Origin: Octopus vulgaris
Taxonomy: Eukaryota
Assembly (NCBI GenBank): GCA_951406725.2
Contig: OX597818.1
Span: forward strand, 114,948,001 to 115,012,000
Direction: 5' to 3'
Length of the DNA stretch: 64,000 bases
Shown one piece after another: positions 14,024-27,320 of this stretch. The notes under the pieces were generated by a model. It searched no databases, was not told where the DNA came from, and worked only from the letters and a program-made list of their open reading frames with translations. The position numbers and the translations under genes are program-made. Position 1 is the stretch's first letter, and each line of letters starts with the position of its first letter.

Positions 14024-14760
14024 TTACAGTTGGAAGAAGGCAGTCTGGGTCAAATACTTCTGTTGGCTGTCTCCACAAGTATACTCGGCCAGTGGCCGGA
14101 AATAAAGAAAAAGATGATTCGTCCGAGAAAGTAACATTCTTCCATTTCCCTAGGGACCAATTCTGTAGGTTTTTACTCCACTCTAAACTCTTTGCAACGT
14201 TTGTTTTTGAAAGTAGTGGTTTTCTGATTGCACCCCTCCCGTGAAATCTGGTTTTGTGCAGCTCCTGCCGAACAGTTTTTGTGGAAACTGAGTTCTCGGG
14301 GTGGCCATTAAACTCTTCAGTAATTTTAGGAGCTGTACTTTTGTGATCCTTTCTAACAATTCGCGTAAGATTCCGACGGTCCCTATCTGAAAGGTTTGGT
14401 TTTCTTCCGGAGTTTTGTTTCGCAATGAGGTTTTTCCCTCTTTCTCAAAGGCTGCCATAACTTTTGAGACAGTATTTCTTGATACAACAAACATTTCAGT
14501 TGTTTTCGTTACGCTAGCTCCTGCCACACGAGCACCAACAATTTGACCTCATTGAAAGTCCGATAGATCCGTCATTTTAATGAATTTTAATTACCTTTTT
14601 CTGATATATGAAAAGAAACAGCAATTTTAGCAAAACATATTAAGCAACACTAATAATAATAATAAAAAATGAAAGTAAACAAGCTTTTGATGGTTTTATA
14701 GATATTTCAAAATTATGATGCTATGATGCTAGGTGTTTCCATTATTTTGTCCAACCCCTG
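14024..14760 (-). mobile_element. Tc1-like DNA transposon, 5' half, pseudogenised transposase
   Basis: TA+caggggttggacaaaataatggaaacacc TIR; MTDLSDFQ*GQIVGARVAGAS from 14575; WKNVTFSDES (first catalytic D); stop and frameshifts. Confidence 0.85.
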
Positions 14761-14763
14761 TAC

Positions 14764-14797
<34 letters not shown>

Positions 14798-14884
14798 ATA
14801 TATATATACGAGTAACTGGAAAAACGATAAAAGGGCACTCGACACACTTATTAGAAGTTATATATATATACATATATATATTTA

Positions 14885-15120
14885 GTTCTGTTGTGTCTGG
14901 GGAGAGTCATTCTCTTTTAGTGCCTTATAATTTAACACACGCACCGGTAAAATTTCCACTCATTTACTTATTTATTTCTCTAAAATTTTTGTTGCCTCTT
15001 CCATCCTTTTCCATTACGTGTTGAATTAAGGCACCAAAAGAGAATGACTCTCCCCAACAAAATATACTTCAACACACGAACTCACATAAAGAATCTTTCA
15101 AACCAAATCCAAAAATTAAA
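14885..15120. mobile_element. Foldback element family F
   Basis: ggggagagtcattctcttttagtgcctta versus taaggcaccaaaagagaatgactctcccc; same family as 17626-17900. Confidence 0.65.
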
Positions 15121-15295
15121 CATATACGTCCTGTGTTCATATTCCACCGAGATCTACTTTGCCTTTATCCTTTCGGGGTCGATAAATTAAGTATCAGTTG
15201 CGTACTCAACTTGATCTAATTGACTGGCCCCTCCCCAAAAAAATTTCGGGCCTTGTGCCTAGAGTAGAAAAGTATATACTTATATGTATATATAA

Positions 15296-15329
<34 letters not shown>

Positions 15330-15752
15330 CGGTCTTCATCCCATGTCCGTCTACCAAATCCACTCACAAGACTTTGCTAGGCCAGATGCTTCACAAAACA
15401 CAAGACTTAAACAACGAGAAATATTTTCAATTATCAACATTGAATTATCTTCCTAAAAGAGAGATATCAAGAGTTATTTCCCTTACACCGCTTTTAATAC
15501 ACTATATTTTTTTCTTTACTTTTCGCGTTTATTTCCAGTTATGTTTGTCTCTTTTGACCGTTTTTTTTTTTGGATCCCAATAAAAACATGCTGTCGAATC
15601 TAGGTTAATGCATTCTCTTCATTAAATACATGCGTGCATATCATTATAATTAGATTTATTGCTATTATCATGACAAAATCGGTAGCTCCCCGGACGGGGC
15701 CGAAGTAATCGACAAGCCCCCACCTTAAAATTTCAGGATTTGTACCTATTAT

Positions 15753-15928
15753 TCTTTTACTCTTTTACTTGTTTCAGTCATTTGACTGTGGCCATGCTGG
15801 AGCACCGCCTTTAGTCTAACAAATCGACCCAGGACTTATTCTTTGTAAACCTAGTACTTATTCTATCAGTCTCTTTTGCCGAACCACTAAGTTGCAGGAA
15901 CCTAAACACACCAACATTGGTCGTCAAA
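15753..15928 (-). mobile_element. SINE family A 3' fragment
   Basis: cttttactcttttacttgtttcagtcatttgactg tail. Confidence 0.8.
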
Positions 15929-16283
15929 GGATTATTAAGACCAAGGGCGGACTGAGAGTATAAAGGACCCTCGGGCATAACTGTTTACTGGGCCCCTTTG
16001 AATCTGTGTTTTAGTAGAGTTAACATGTAGAGGGCGGGGCCCTCAGAGCTCCGGACAGTTGACTGAATCGTTTTCATTTCGTCCGTGTTTACGTTCTGAG
16101 TTCAAATTCCGCCGAGGTTGACTTTGCCTTTGATTTCATTCGGGGTCAATAATAAAATATGTACCAGCTGATCACTGGAATCGGTGTAATCGATTATACC
16201 TCCCCACCACCACACGCACACACAAATATTCAGGCCTTGTACTTACAGGAGAGAGAAAAATATTCTCATTATTATTGTAATTA

Positions 16284-16540
16284 ATAATAATATTTGCGCC
16301 CTTTTAAAGCCTATCCAGGCTCATGGGCCCGGTTTCACGGTTTCAATGGCGTATGTTTCCCAGCTTGACGGGACGCCTGTCCATCGCAGCTTTACTCATT
16401 TTTGCCAGCTGAGTGGACTGGAGCAACGTGAAATGAAGTGTTTTGCTCAAGAACACAACACGTCGCCCGGTCCATGAATCGAAACAACAATCTTACGGTC
16501 ATGATGCTGACATCCTAACCACTAAGCCACGCGCCTCCAC
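16284..16540 (-). mobile_element. tRNA-derived CORE-like SINE with 13-bp TSD
   Basis: Head gtggaggcgcgtggcttagtggttagg; TSD attattgtaatta at 16271-16283 and 16541-16553. Confidence 0.8.
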
Positions 16541-16867
16541 ATTATTGTAATTACCGCGCCGAAAAAAATGCTTAACGATATTTCGTCCGTCTTTAAGTTC
16601 TGAGTTCAAATTCCGCCGAGGTCGACTTCACCTTTCATCCTTTCGAGGTCGCTAAATTAAATACCAGTTTCACACTGAGCTCGATATAATCGGCTAGTTC
16701 CTTCCCTACAAATGTGGGGCCTTGTACCTCCAAAAGAATGGATTATTAGTATAATTACCGCGCCAAACAAAATGTTTAGCGATATTTCGTCCGTCTTTAA
16801 GTTCTGAGCTCAAATTTTGCCTTTCATCCTCGCTGGGTTGACAAATTAAGTATTAGTCGAGCACTGA

Positions 16868-17410
16868 GATCTTGTTTTTCGAGTACTTTCCGGAGTATTT
16901 GAGCGGTTCCAAGCAGTGCTGTTTTCTGTAAGTGATCCACCCTTATTGCAGCCCCTTTTTGTCCCACATACTTCTCGAGATTTTTGCTCACTGTTACCAG
17001 GGCTCCGACAATTATTGGTACTACTACTACTACCTCTTTCATCGACTACAACTGCTTAACTTCCCAAGCTAACCTGTCATATCTCTCGACTTTTCTTTCT
17101 TCCTTATCGCATACCTTGTTGCCAGCTGTGCATGCTATATCTATGATACAGCATAGTTTGTTTTCTTTCTCAATTAAGTCTATGTCCGGCTTCCTATTTT
17201 CTATCTCATGGTTGCACTGAATCATAAAATCCCATAGGATCTTTGCATTATCATTTTCGATGATGCCTTCAGTTATGTGGTTGTACCAATGTTTTGCTCT
17301 GTCAAGTCCATACATATTGCAAAGTGTCCAATGGTCAAGCCTGGCTATATTGTCGTGACGTCTCTTATATTCCCTCTGTGCTAGTGGCGTACAGTGGCTG
17401 GTAATATGCC
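16868..17410 (-). pseudogene. R4/Dong-clade LINE C-terminus (zinc knuckle end plus restriction-like endonuclease)
   Basis: HITSHC...YKRRHD...KILWDF...NRKPDI...IIDIAC...KVERY...VPIIVGALV...LQKTALLGTAQILRKVL; one in-frame stop. Confidence 0.85.
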
Positions 17411-17625
17411 ACAAAATTTTAAAATATCTACGTCGCAGACGTGAGGAAGCGTTCAAAACACGAGGAATGCGAAAAGACGTTAATGAGTACGGGTTATTTC
17501 CCTTCAATCAGAGGTAGGGAAAAAAAACCTTTGTAGATTCTGAGAGGCCTAACAAACAAACGGGGAGTTTCAATTTTCTAGTAAGTAGCGCTTGTAGTGG
17601 ATACATTTAGAAAACATTTTATCAA

Positions 17626-17900
17626 GTTATGTCTGAGGAGGGTCATTTTCTTTTTGTGTCGTATAATTTAACACACTCACCTGTAAAATTTCCACTTATT
17701 CTTTATTTTTATTTTCCTAAAATTTTCGTTGCGTCTTGCAAACTAGGGAAAAAAAACTATAAAATACGTGGAAATTTTACCGGTGAGTGTGTTAAATTAT
17801 AAGGCACCAAAAGAGAATAACTCTCCCCAGACACGACAGAATATGTTTCAACACACGAACTCATATAAAGAATCTTGCAAACCAAATCCAAAAACGAAAT
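17626..17900. mobile_element. Foldback element family F with 10-bp TSD
   Basis: Inverted arms about 17628-17725 and 17742-17835; flanked by attttatcaa at 17616-17625 and 17901-17910. Confidence 0.75.
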
Positions 17901-17924
17901 ATTTTATCAACCACCCACAATACA

Positions 17925-18032
17925 ATGGATGAGGCAGGTTGCTCTTGCAGGGTATATAATAACTGTCCAGTAGGAGACCGATGCGAGGTTGAAGGGGTCA
18001 ATTATGAGGCTACGGTGATACCTAGACCTTAA
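17925..18032 (+). pseudogene. Penelope-like element linker plus GIY half of GIY-YIG endonuclease
   Basis: Manual translation MDEAGCSCRVYNNCPVGDRCEVEGVNYEATVIPRP*: CxC-x5-C-x5-C followed by a GIY-like GVNY.ATV. Confidence 0.7.
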
Positions 18033-18327
18033 TATCGGTAATAATAGTAATGTAACTTCGATCAGAAATATTATTAACGGGTTAAACGGGTCTCACGGCA
18101 ACACAGGTGCCACGCCCAGAGATAATAATCAAGCCCGGACCAGCATCACGGAGAGCCTCAAAGAAGATACCGGTACCAGCGCCACAAACACACATGCACA
18201 TACACACACACACATACATATACGCGCACATATACCAAGAAAATGGAGAATGCATACATAGAATAATCAATATATTTAATATAATAGTCAATTCATGTTA
18301 TATGTGTATGTGTATACATATGTATAC

Positions 18328-18359
<32 letters not shown>

Positions 18360-18383
18360 TATATGTATATGTATGTGTGTATT

Positions 18384-18452
<69 letters not shown>

Positions 18453-18675
18453 ACATATATATATATGCATATTATACATATATACATATCTATGTACATT
18501 ATATATATATATCTATGTACATTATATATATATATATATGTATGTATGTATGTATATGTATGTATATATGTGTGTGTGTTTATGTATATATATATATGTG
18601 TGTATGTGTATACATATATACATATCTATGTACATTATATATATATGTGTTTATATTTGTGTCTGTGTGTGTGTG

Positions 18676-18992
18676 AAGGGGCATAGCTTAATGGTTAGGG
18701 CATTCGGCTCACGATTGTATGGTCGTGACTTCGATTCCCGGCGACGCGTTGTGTCCTTGAGCAAGACACTTTATTTCACATTGCTCTAGTCCATTCGACT
18801 GGTACAAATGAGTAGTACCTGTATTTCAAAGGGCCAGCTTTGTCACACTGTGACGCTGAATTTCCCAGCGAACTACGTTAGGGGTACACGTGTCTGTGGA
18901 GTGCTCAGCCACTTGCACGTTAGTTTCACGAGCAAGCTGTTCCGTTGATCGTATCAGCTGGGGCCCTCGTCGTCATAACCGACGGAGTGCTC
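18676..18992 (+). mobile_element. tRNA-derived CORE-like SINE
   Basis: tagcttaatggtt and acttcgattccc boxes, gtgtccttgagcaagacactttatttcac; tail recurs at 57636-57748. Confidence 0.75.
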
Positions 18993-18995
18993 CTT

Positions 18996-19053
<58 letters not shown>

Positions 19054-19054
19054 T

Positions 19055-19401
19055 AAAAAAACGAAGACAGATCACAAGGAAAAAATAAACAACAACGCGT
19101 GGACATGTTACGTACAAAGTATTAACAGAGTAAAGTCGAAGAGAAATGGAAGACAGAGAAAAAAATCGTCAGCAATCCGCATGTAGTTACATACATGTGA
19201 TCTCTTGAGCACCACCAGCAAAAATATTTTTTCCTCTGTCTTCCCTTCTTGGGATCTTTCCTTCTCCTTGTTTCCGACGAAGAGCTCCGCTCGAAACGTT
19301 AAGTCCTCCTTCCCTTCTTTCCTGAGCGTTAAATAATACTTTAATTGTTCCACGTCCTCGCGTTGCTGTGTTTTTTTCTGTGTTTTCTTGTTTGGATTAA
19401 C

Positions 19402-19402
<1 letters not shown>
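19055..19402. mobile_element. PLE-type element family P2: plus copy with HHR-like motif and inverted partial copy
   Basis: CCGACGA-a-gagc-tcc-gctc-GAAA-cg-TT at 19274-19300; homologous to 37570-37775 (-); (TA)n on both sides. Confidence 0.6.
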
Positions 19403-19432
<30 letters not shown>

Positions 19433-19544
19433 CTTACTTCGAATAGGATGCGCGGCGTTCGATCATATAATAATATAAATAATATATAAATATATGCATA
19501 TATACATACATATATGTACATACTACATATATACATGCATATAT

Positions 19545-19910
19545 GGGTACAGGACATCAAAGAAACTTTGAACACAAGGAGGAACGAAAACGTAAAAACA
19601 AAAGTTCTCACTGTCCTGTTCTTGTTACCACTTTCACACTTCGCAAAAAATCCCGAATTGTATTTAATTTGCTTTGCGGGAAGGGTTGTTTCAACGAAGT
19701 CGCGTCTTGTCCTTACCTTCGGAACGCGGAGTAGACGAAACAGGGACAACTGAAGAAGGGGAATATTCCTTGTGTTGTGTCTCGTTTCTCTTTGGGTTTT
19801 TTTTTTTGGTGGGGGGGTGTTTTTGTAGTTAGAAAAAAGTTCGTTTCTATGTTTTTATTTTTATGTTTTCGTTTCTCATTGTGTTCAACGTTTTTTTATG
19901 TCTTGTACTC
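19545..19910. mobile_element. Small element with ~55-bp imperfect inverted termini in TA-rich repeats
   Basis: gggtacaggacatcaaagaaactttgaacacaag versus attgtgttcaacgttttttatgtcttgtactc. Confidence 0.55.
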
Positions 19911-19982
19911 ATACATGCATGTATATATACATATATATATAGGTATTACATATATGTATGTATATATGCATATATTGATATG

Positions 19983-20028
<46 letters not shown>

Positions 20029-20999
20029 CATATATATATATAAATATACATACATACATACATACATACATACATACATACATACATACATACATACATA
20101 CATACATACATGCATACATACATACATATATGTATGTATGTATGTATGTACGAATGAATGAGAGCCGTAAATATATTAGTATGTCAACAGTTTGCTTAGA
20201 CATACATATTCATATATCTACGTGTTGCTTTTCCACGTCACGGTAGAACCTTCTTGGTATAAGATAAAGTAGAACAACAATGTTAATTTTTATCAGACAA
20301 TCTATGGACAAAAACGTTTACGTTGTGTTCTAAGTATTTTCAAAATAATAAAAAGGCCATTTGTTATTTGTTTCAATAGAAAACCGATCAATGAAAGAAG
20401 CACAGTATAAATGGATGTGAGTAAACGGATGCGAGAAAGAAGACTGGCGCCGCAAATGGCTTATTTATTCACAAGAGAAAATGGCATTGTATTCTTTAGT
20501 CGTTAGTTACTTTCGGGATATGCTAATCAGTCGTCATCCCAAAACGAAAAGGAATTGCAAAACGAAAATAAAACTCACACACATACAAACACACATACAC
20601 ATACACACACACACACAGAAAGACTTCAAGCTGATGAGAATTGCAAAATTATACTCACACAATGCGAGAAATTGAAATACGTCTTTTGAGAAAATTGTGT
20701 AATCATTAACATGTAATTTCAAACTCGAATAAAATTTGAAAAAAAAAATTTAAATGACAAGAAATTCTTAACAGAATTATCCGTTGCATAATTGTTTGAC
20801 AATTCAAAATCTTGAGTAACAAATAATGAATTTGAGACATACATACATACATATATACATGTATGCATAAATATATTCTTATGTATGATTGTGTGTCTGC
20901 GTGTATGTATATATGTGTGTGTATGTGTGTACATGTGTATGTGTGTGCATGTGCAAGTGTATATTTATATGTATATTTGTTTATATATGTCTGATTGTA

Positions 21000-23995
21000 A
21001 GGACCACTCACCCATTACCAACTTCCCTTACCTCGACATTCCTGTTAAATGTACGTGGCATCAACCCATCAATTATTGCCCAAAAATGGAAGATCCCATA
21101 TATAGAGAGTTGGCTTGCCGAAATGGCACATTGCTTCCCTTTCTTTATCCTTACCGAGACTCACCTGAACAACACCCATATGGACGCAGAGGTGAAAATA
21201 AAAGATTTCACCATTGTTCGTGCGGATCGCACAGACCGAAATAAGGGAGGGACAGCCATCTTTATCCATGACTCCTTTTCACTTGATGCCAAGGACACAT
21301 TTTCCAATGGCTACTGTGAATCGGTATCAGTATACAACAAAGCCAAGGACATAACCATTGTTGGTCTTTACAGGCCTCCCCAGGCACCTCTAAAGTACTT
21401 TGAAGAGTGCCTTAGCAAAGTCAAGTCCTTCCTTCGGAAGTACCACTCCGGAAACATAATAGTGATGGGTGATTTTAACCTCCCTCATGTGAACTGGCCC
21501 ACAAATACTCCGAAGTTAGGCAAGTGCTCTACATCAGATAGGGCAGCAGCAGAACTGCTCTTTAATCTGATGGATGAGTATTTCCTGACTCAGCTAGTGC
21601 TTGAACCAACGAGACAGAATAAAACGATCTTGGATCTGGTACTGACCAATCACTCTAGCTACGTTCACAGCATTTCAGTCGAAAAAACTCTCCTCTCAGA
21701 CCACGACATGGTACTCTGCAATCTTAATTCCCGACGTATAAAAACCAAACCAGCCAATCCCACTCCATGGCACCCATTTGACAACATAAATTTCCACAAA
21801 GCGGACTGGGGAACAATCAGAAAGGATCTGTCTTCCATCGACTGGTCTTTTACTCTCAATTCCCCTCATATTGAGACCGCGTGGCAGCACTTTGAAACCA
21901 TTGTCACCGACACATGCTCTAAACACGCTCCCAAGAAATCTACTAACACAAACAGAAACCGGCTCCCTAAAAAGAAAAAAACACTCATCAGGCGCATCAA
22001 AAGACTCAACAAAAAAATCAACCAATTAAAATATTCCCACACGCAACATCCACATTCAACAACAATGAAAAGACTAGAGCTGGAAAAACTTCATCTGCAG
22101 ACTAACATGAAAACCTCCATTGAAAATCAAAGAGCTGTGGAGGAACAATGGGTAATCAAAAACATCAAACAGAACCCAAAAGTGTTCTATTCTTATGCAA
22201 ATAAGCATAGAACCACTGTCTCACCTATTGGGCCATTGATTGATGAAAACGGCATTCCCCAACACGATGCTAAAGAAATGGCAGAAATACTGCAGAAACA
22301 ATATTGCTCTGTCTTCAGTGTTCCCACTGATATTGATGTGAGGGAAACGAACGAAGCTGACTCCCAACACAAAATCGCAGACATAACCTTCACTGCCACC
22401 GACATCGTAGCAGCAATAAATGAGGTCAAACATTACTCCGCTGTAGGCCCTGATAGATTTCCCGCCAGTCTCCTGAAGGAATGTAGATATCAACTTGCAG
22501 TCCCTCTGACCAACCTCTGGAGAAACTCGTTAGACGCAGGTTATATACCGAAAAAGTTTCTATCCCAGTCGGTCATCCCGGTTTTCAAACAGGGAAACAG
22601 ATCCCTCGCAGTCAACTATCGCCCAATCTCACTCACCTCCCACATCATTAAAGTGTTTGAAAGAGTGTTAAGATCAAGGATAGCTGACTTCCTGGAGACC
22701 CACAAACTCCTAAATTCAAATCAACATGGCTTTCGCTGTGGCAGGGACTGTCTAACACAGCTCTTACACCACATTGAAGATGTACTCAAAGCCTTGGGAA
22801 CAGGTTCGAACTCTGACGTCATATACCTTGACTTCAGTAAAGCGTTCGACAGGGTAGACCATAACATCCTACTCTCAAAATTGGCAAATGTTGGAATCCG
22901 TGGAAAAGTTCTACACTGGATTCAGTATTTCCTAGCGAATAGAACACAACATGTTGTAGTTGATGGAGTCCACTCAAACCCAGCAAAAGTCACCAGCGGT
23001 GTTCCCCAGGGAACTGTTTTGGGTCCGCTACTCTTCATAATTTATGTAAACGACCTTTCCAGTGTCGTACATCACTGCAAAGTGAAAATATTCGCTGATG
23101 ACACTAAGCTCCAGCAAATCGTCAATGAAGAAGCAGACCGAACTCAACTCCAGTCTGACCTATATGCTGTGAGTCAATGGGCAGACAGAAACAAAATGCA
23201 ACTGAATGAGGGAAAATTTGAGCTGATGCATTTTGGAAGAAATTCCTCACTAAAACAACCATACTCTCTTCCTTCAGGGGAACCGCTCACAGCCTCTAAC
23301 AATATCAGAGACCTGGGTGTAATTGTTGATGACGATCTCAGTTGGAGTGCACACATCAACAAGAAGGTCGATACAGCTCGTAGGATGAGTTCCTGGATCT
23401 TAAGAACTTTCCGGTCCAGAGAACAAGGTGTCATCATACCACTTTTTCATCCTTTGTACGGCCACACCTTGAATACTGCTGCCCACTGTGGTCTCCTCAC
23501 ACAAGACAAAACATCTCCAGAATTGAGTCACCCCAGAGGGCTCTCACTAAACAAATTGAAAGCATGGCTGCTCTCGACTATTGTGATCGCCTTAAAGCCT
23601 TGAAACTTTACTCCCTCCAGCGTCGCCGTGAGCGGTACATCATTTGTACGATGTGGAAAATATACCGCCAACTTTGCCCAAACGACCTAAACATTAGCTT
23701 CAAGGTTCATCCGAGACTTGGACCACGGGCTATACGTCCCCTGCCAAATTCAAGATCACAACATACATGTACACTGCAACATAATTTCTTTTCCTCAACA
23801 GGCCCTGCCCTATTTAACATTGTCCCGAGGGAGATCAAAGAGGAAAAGGATCCCATCAACTTCAAACAGAGTCTGGATAGATTCCTTCAAAGAATACCAG
23901 ACAAGCCACCCATAATTGGATACAACTCACCCAACAAGAACTCACTACTTGAACAAAACTGGATACAACTCACCCAACAAGAACTCACTACTTGA
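21000..23995 (+). pseudogene. LINE 1 ORF2 with a single frameshift at the T-run 23443-23447
   Basis: Adding one T restores PLFSSFVRPHLEYCCPLWSP and joins ORF 20889-23603 to ORF 23564-23995. Confidence 0.85.
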
Positions 23996-24003
23996 ACAAA
24001 ACT
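23918..24003 (+). repeat. Perfect 43-bp tandem duplication at the end of LINE 1 ORF2
   Basis: ggatacaactcacccaacaagaactcactacttgaacaaaact twice. Confidence 0.95.
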
Positions 24004-24138
24004 TGACTTAAACTCGAATAATCCTATCAGGTGGTGCTATTAAGTTAGACATGGCCTGGACCAATCTCTGGTCGAAACATATCTAAGTTTTATCTAAGTT
24101 TTATGTGTGTGTGTGTGTGTGTTTACATATATATGTAT

Positions 24139-24221
<83 letters not shown>

Positions 24222-24229
24222 TACATATA

Positions 24230-27200
24230 GGATTGTCAAGGAAACTGTGAACCGGTGACCCAGCTTGACACCTCAGATTTGCTTAGGAGTAGGGCAAGGA
24301 GATGTTCAATCCAAAGGCTTTACATACAGCAGATGACCGATGTAGAAGTTTATGAGCGTCCGCCAAAGAGGTCGCTACTAGTGTTTACATCATCTGCAAA
24401 AGGCAGATCACGGATGATACTGGTGCGTAGCAGTGTTTTGGCTTTGTAATACCGATGATTAAATAGTCCACCACTCAAACTGGAATTGGACACAAATTTG
24501 TATGTTACCAAATGCGTACCTCAGCATCACTAAAACGAAGAGTGCAAAGAACACAGGGGCCATAACACAACCTTGTTTTGTGCTGTTTGTAACATCGAAG
24601 GAAGCCGAAGATTCCCCGCTGGACACGGTAGCTGCCTTCATCCTCTCGTGAAAAGAGATGATAACATTTAACATCTTGTCAGTTTTTTTCAGAACCTTCC
24701 ATGGTGCTTGCTGGTTAATAGTGTCGAAGGCCTTAGTAAGGTCAACGGAAACCATGAACAACTCTTGATTTTTCTCTCGTACCTTCTCGATAACTTGACG
24801 AAGGGCAAAGATCATGACGATAGTGCCACGACCAGAGCGAAATCCGCATTGTGATTCTGGATAGATATAATTTATGACGAGTCGAGTAAGAATCTTACCA
24901 GCAATTGACAGAAGTGATATCCCACGATGGTTATCACAGACACTTCAATTTCGTTTGTTCTTATAAAGATGTTGAAAGAGGTCATCCTTAAAGTCTTGTG
25001 GTACACGGCCTACTCTCAAATATCTATGAAAAGGTCATGCAATTTCTTGAAGAGCTTCTGTCCACCATGCTTGTAGATTTCAAGAAGGACAGCGCCTTGA
25101 CGAATGCTTTACCAGAAGAGTTCTCTTTAACAGAGTTTACCACTTCCAAGAAGGTTGGCTCCAGAGACAATTCCGGTATCTCAGCATACTGTGGAATAGA
25201 CATTATGGCGTCATCATTATTGACTGAGATGGAGCTCGACACAGCTTCGAAGTGGTCTTTCTATCGTTTCAGGATATTTATCAGTTAAAAGTGTTTCTTC
25301 ATTGGATGAAAAAATCGGAGTAGTACCGTGCTCTTGAGGACCATACACTTTCTTGAGGTCATCATAGAGAACTTTAGAATCCTTTCTGTCCGCGACTTCT
25401 TGGAATTCAGTTGCCTTGGAAAACCAACAAGCCTTATTCATCTGTCACAGAGCACGTTGGCCCTGGCCTCTGTATTTCTTAAAAGTATTCGCCTTTCTGG
25501 ATGAGCTCTTATCATTTATCCATGTTTTATGAGAGCTGTACATTTTATCTATCAAATGCAGAACATATGTAGTTTTATCACTGAACCAATCTTGATGTTT
25601 ACGGACAGGAAGTCCAGGAATCTCAACGAATGCAGAATGTGTTGCATCACGCAGAGCCTTCGAAGATGATTCTATGTCATCACTGATATCAAGTGTTGAG
25701 TGCAGTGTCCAGCTTGATAGAGATCTCAGTCTGCTTTTCAGCGGTTTCAAAGGCAGAAGATTAATGCGTTTAGGCCATGATGACTTTTGTAGTCTTGTAT
25801 GTTTCAGATCGAACGTAACCTTAATTACGAAAAAGCGAATGGTCAGAGATAGCAGGCGTTATGAAAGGAACGTGTAACGTTAAAGTTCCTAATATTTCGT
25901 TTCTTAGTAATAACATCTGGGGAGGAAACGGATAGCACAGTTACTCACAAGTTCTGTGGTGGAAAGGCTATCACCCAATGGTCGCCGACTTTGGAGGGAT
26001 CCAGCAAGAGCCATGTTTTTCAAGTCTTTGATATGTCAATCCTTAGATCTAGGATGCATTCAGGACGTCTTGCAACAATTCCGATGTTGGAAAATAGTAT
26101 TTGTCATGCTTAGACTGAATTCCCTGCAGATGCAGAGCGAATGCAGACCGCTGGAGATCATCCGACATACACTATGGCGACCAAGTACACCCTTCCATGT
26201 TTAATAGTCAGTACCAATACAAGCGTTGAAGACGCCCATAAGAATAAGTTTATCTCTATGGTGCCAGCTGGAGATGACAGGTTATAAAACCATCCTTTTT
26301 CTGCTCAGTGCTGACCATGGTTGGAGCATAGCAACTGACAAGCGTAGCCCGAGTGTTATGATCAAGTTCCAACGTTAGTTTCACGATGTGATCAGAAATA
26401 CCTTTGGGTAAAGAAAGAAAGGACCTAGCTATTTCTGCCTTGACGGCGAAACCAGCGCCAGAGTGGCGCAGCTCGTCCTCATTTCTTCCATACCAGAAAA
26501 ATATGTATCCACCTTTACTTTCCTCTAACTGCGATGATCCTGCAAGACGAATTTCACTGAGTGCAGCTACGTCAATGTTGTATTTCTTTAGTTCAAGGGC
26601 AACCAGTGCTGTTTTTCGTTCTGGTGCTGAATTAGTTACCCTCTTGGAGAGTGCGCGCATTCCAAGAACCAAGGTTAATATTCTTGTATTCCTTCATGTT
26701 TCAACTACGGTACTGAATAACCAGACAACTGTAGCGGGCTGTCAAGTTTAAGGTGAAAGCAGAGCTGCGTTTAAATAGACCTGCTTTGTCACCATTGGAG
26801 GACTCGGACAGGACAGTTACTCACAAGTTCTGTGCAAGAAAGGCCATCAACCAATGGTCGGCGACCGTGTAGAGATCCAACAAGAGACTTCAGGTAATAT
26901 ACTTTACCTGTTTACCTGTCTCTGTTGCTTTCACTCTCTCGCTAGATGACTTTTTGTCTTTGCAAGGTGGAACTGAGCTATTGAATCAATAAATGTAAGT
27001 CGTCAGAAAACCCACACGTATTATTTGATTTAAGGGTTAAAGGCTTTTTGGAAGTGATGATAGCAATAATATGGTGCACATATGTGCCACGATGCCAAGT
27101 ACAATACATATCAGGTTTTTTCTTCAGAGGTTTTCATCTCTCAGACAAGCCGCTATAAACAAGCTGGAGAGCCTAGTTTACCCTCCGAGTCAAAGTTTGC

Positions 27201-27320
27201 TGACGGTATAGCACTGTTAAGGAGACCCCCAGCAATCAAATACCTGATTTTATATCGGAAGTTTCCCTCTCCTAGATGGGATGCCTTCACCACGGTTAAG
27301 GAGCCCCTAATTTCTACCTA
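24230..27320 (-). mobile_element. Decayed RTE-clade LINE (5'UTR, APE, most of RT)
   Basis: PERKTALVALELKKYNIDVAALSEIR, GYIFFWYG, CYAPT (APE); ESQCGFRSGRGT, MIFALRQ, VDLTKAFD, KQGCVMAP, FADD (RT); many stops and frameshifts. Confidence 0.9.

Larger units (their letters stand above)
20995..24103 (+). mobile_element. CR1/L2-group LINE 1 (APE + RT), ORF1 absent, tail (tatctaagttt)n
   Basis: LNVRG, LTETH, YRPP, GDFN, LDL, SDH (APE); NYRPISL, QHGF, YLDFSKAFD, GVPQG, FADD (RT); YSLQRRRERY C-terminus. Confidence 0.95.

Noticed and set aside
19735-19780. gacgaaacagggacaa-CTGAAGA-aggggaatattcct as a hammerhead
   Set aside because: Core elements are not in a closable order and no cleavage triplet is present.
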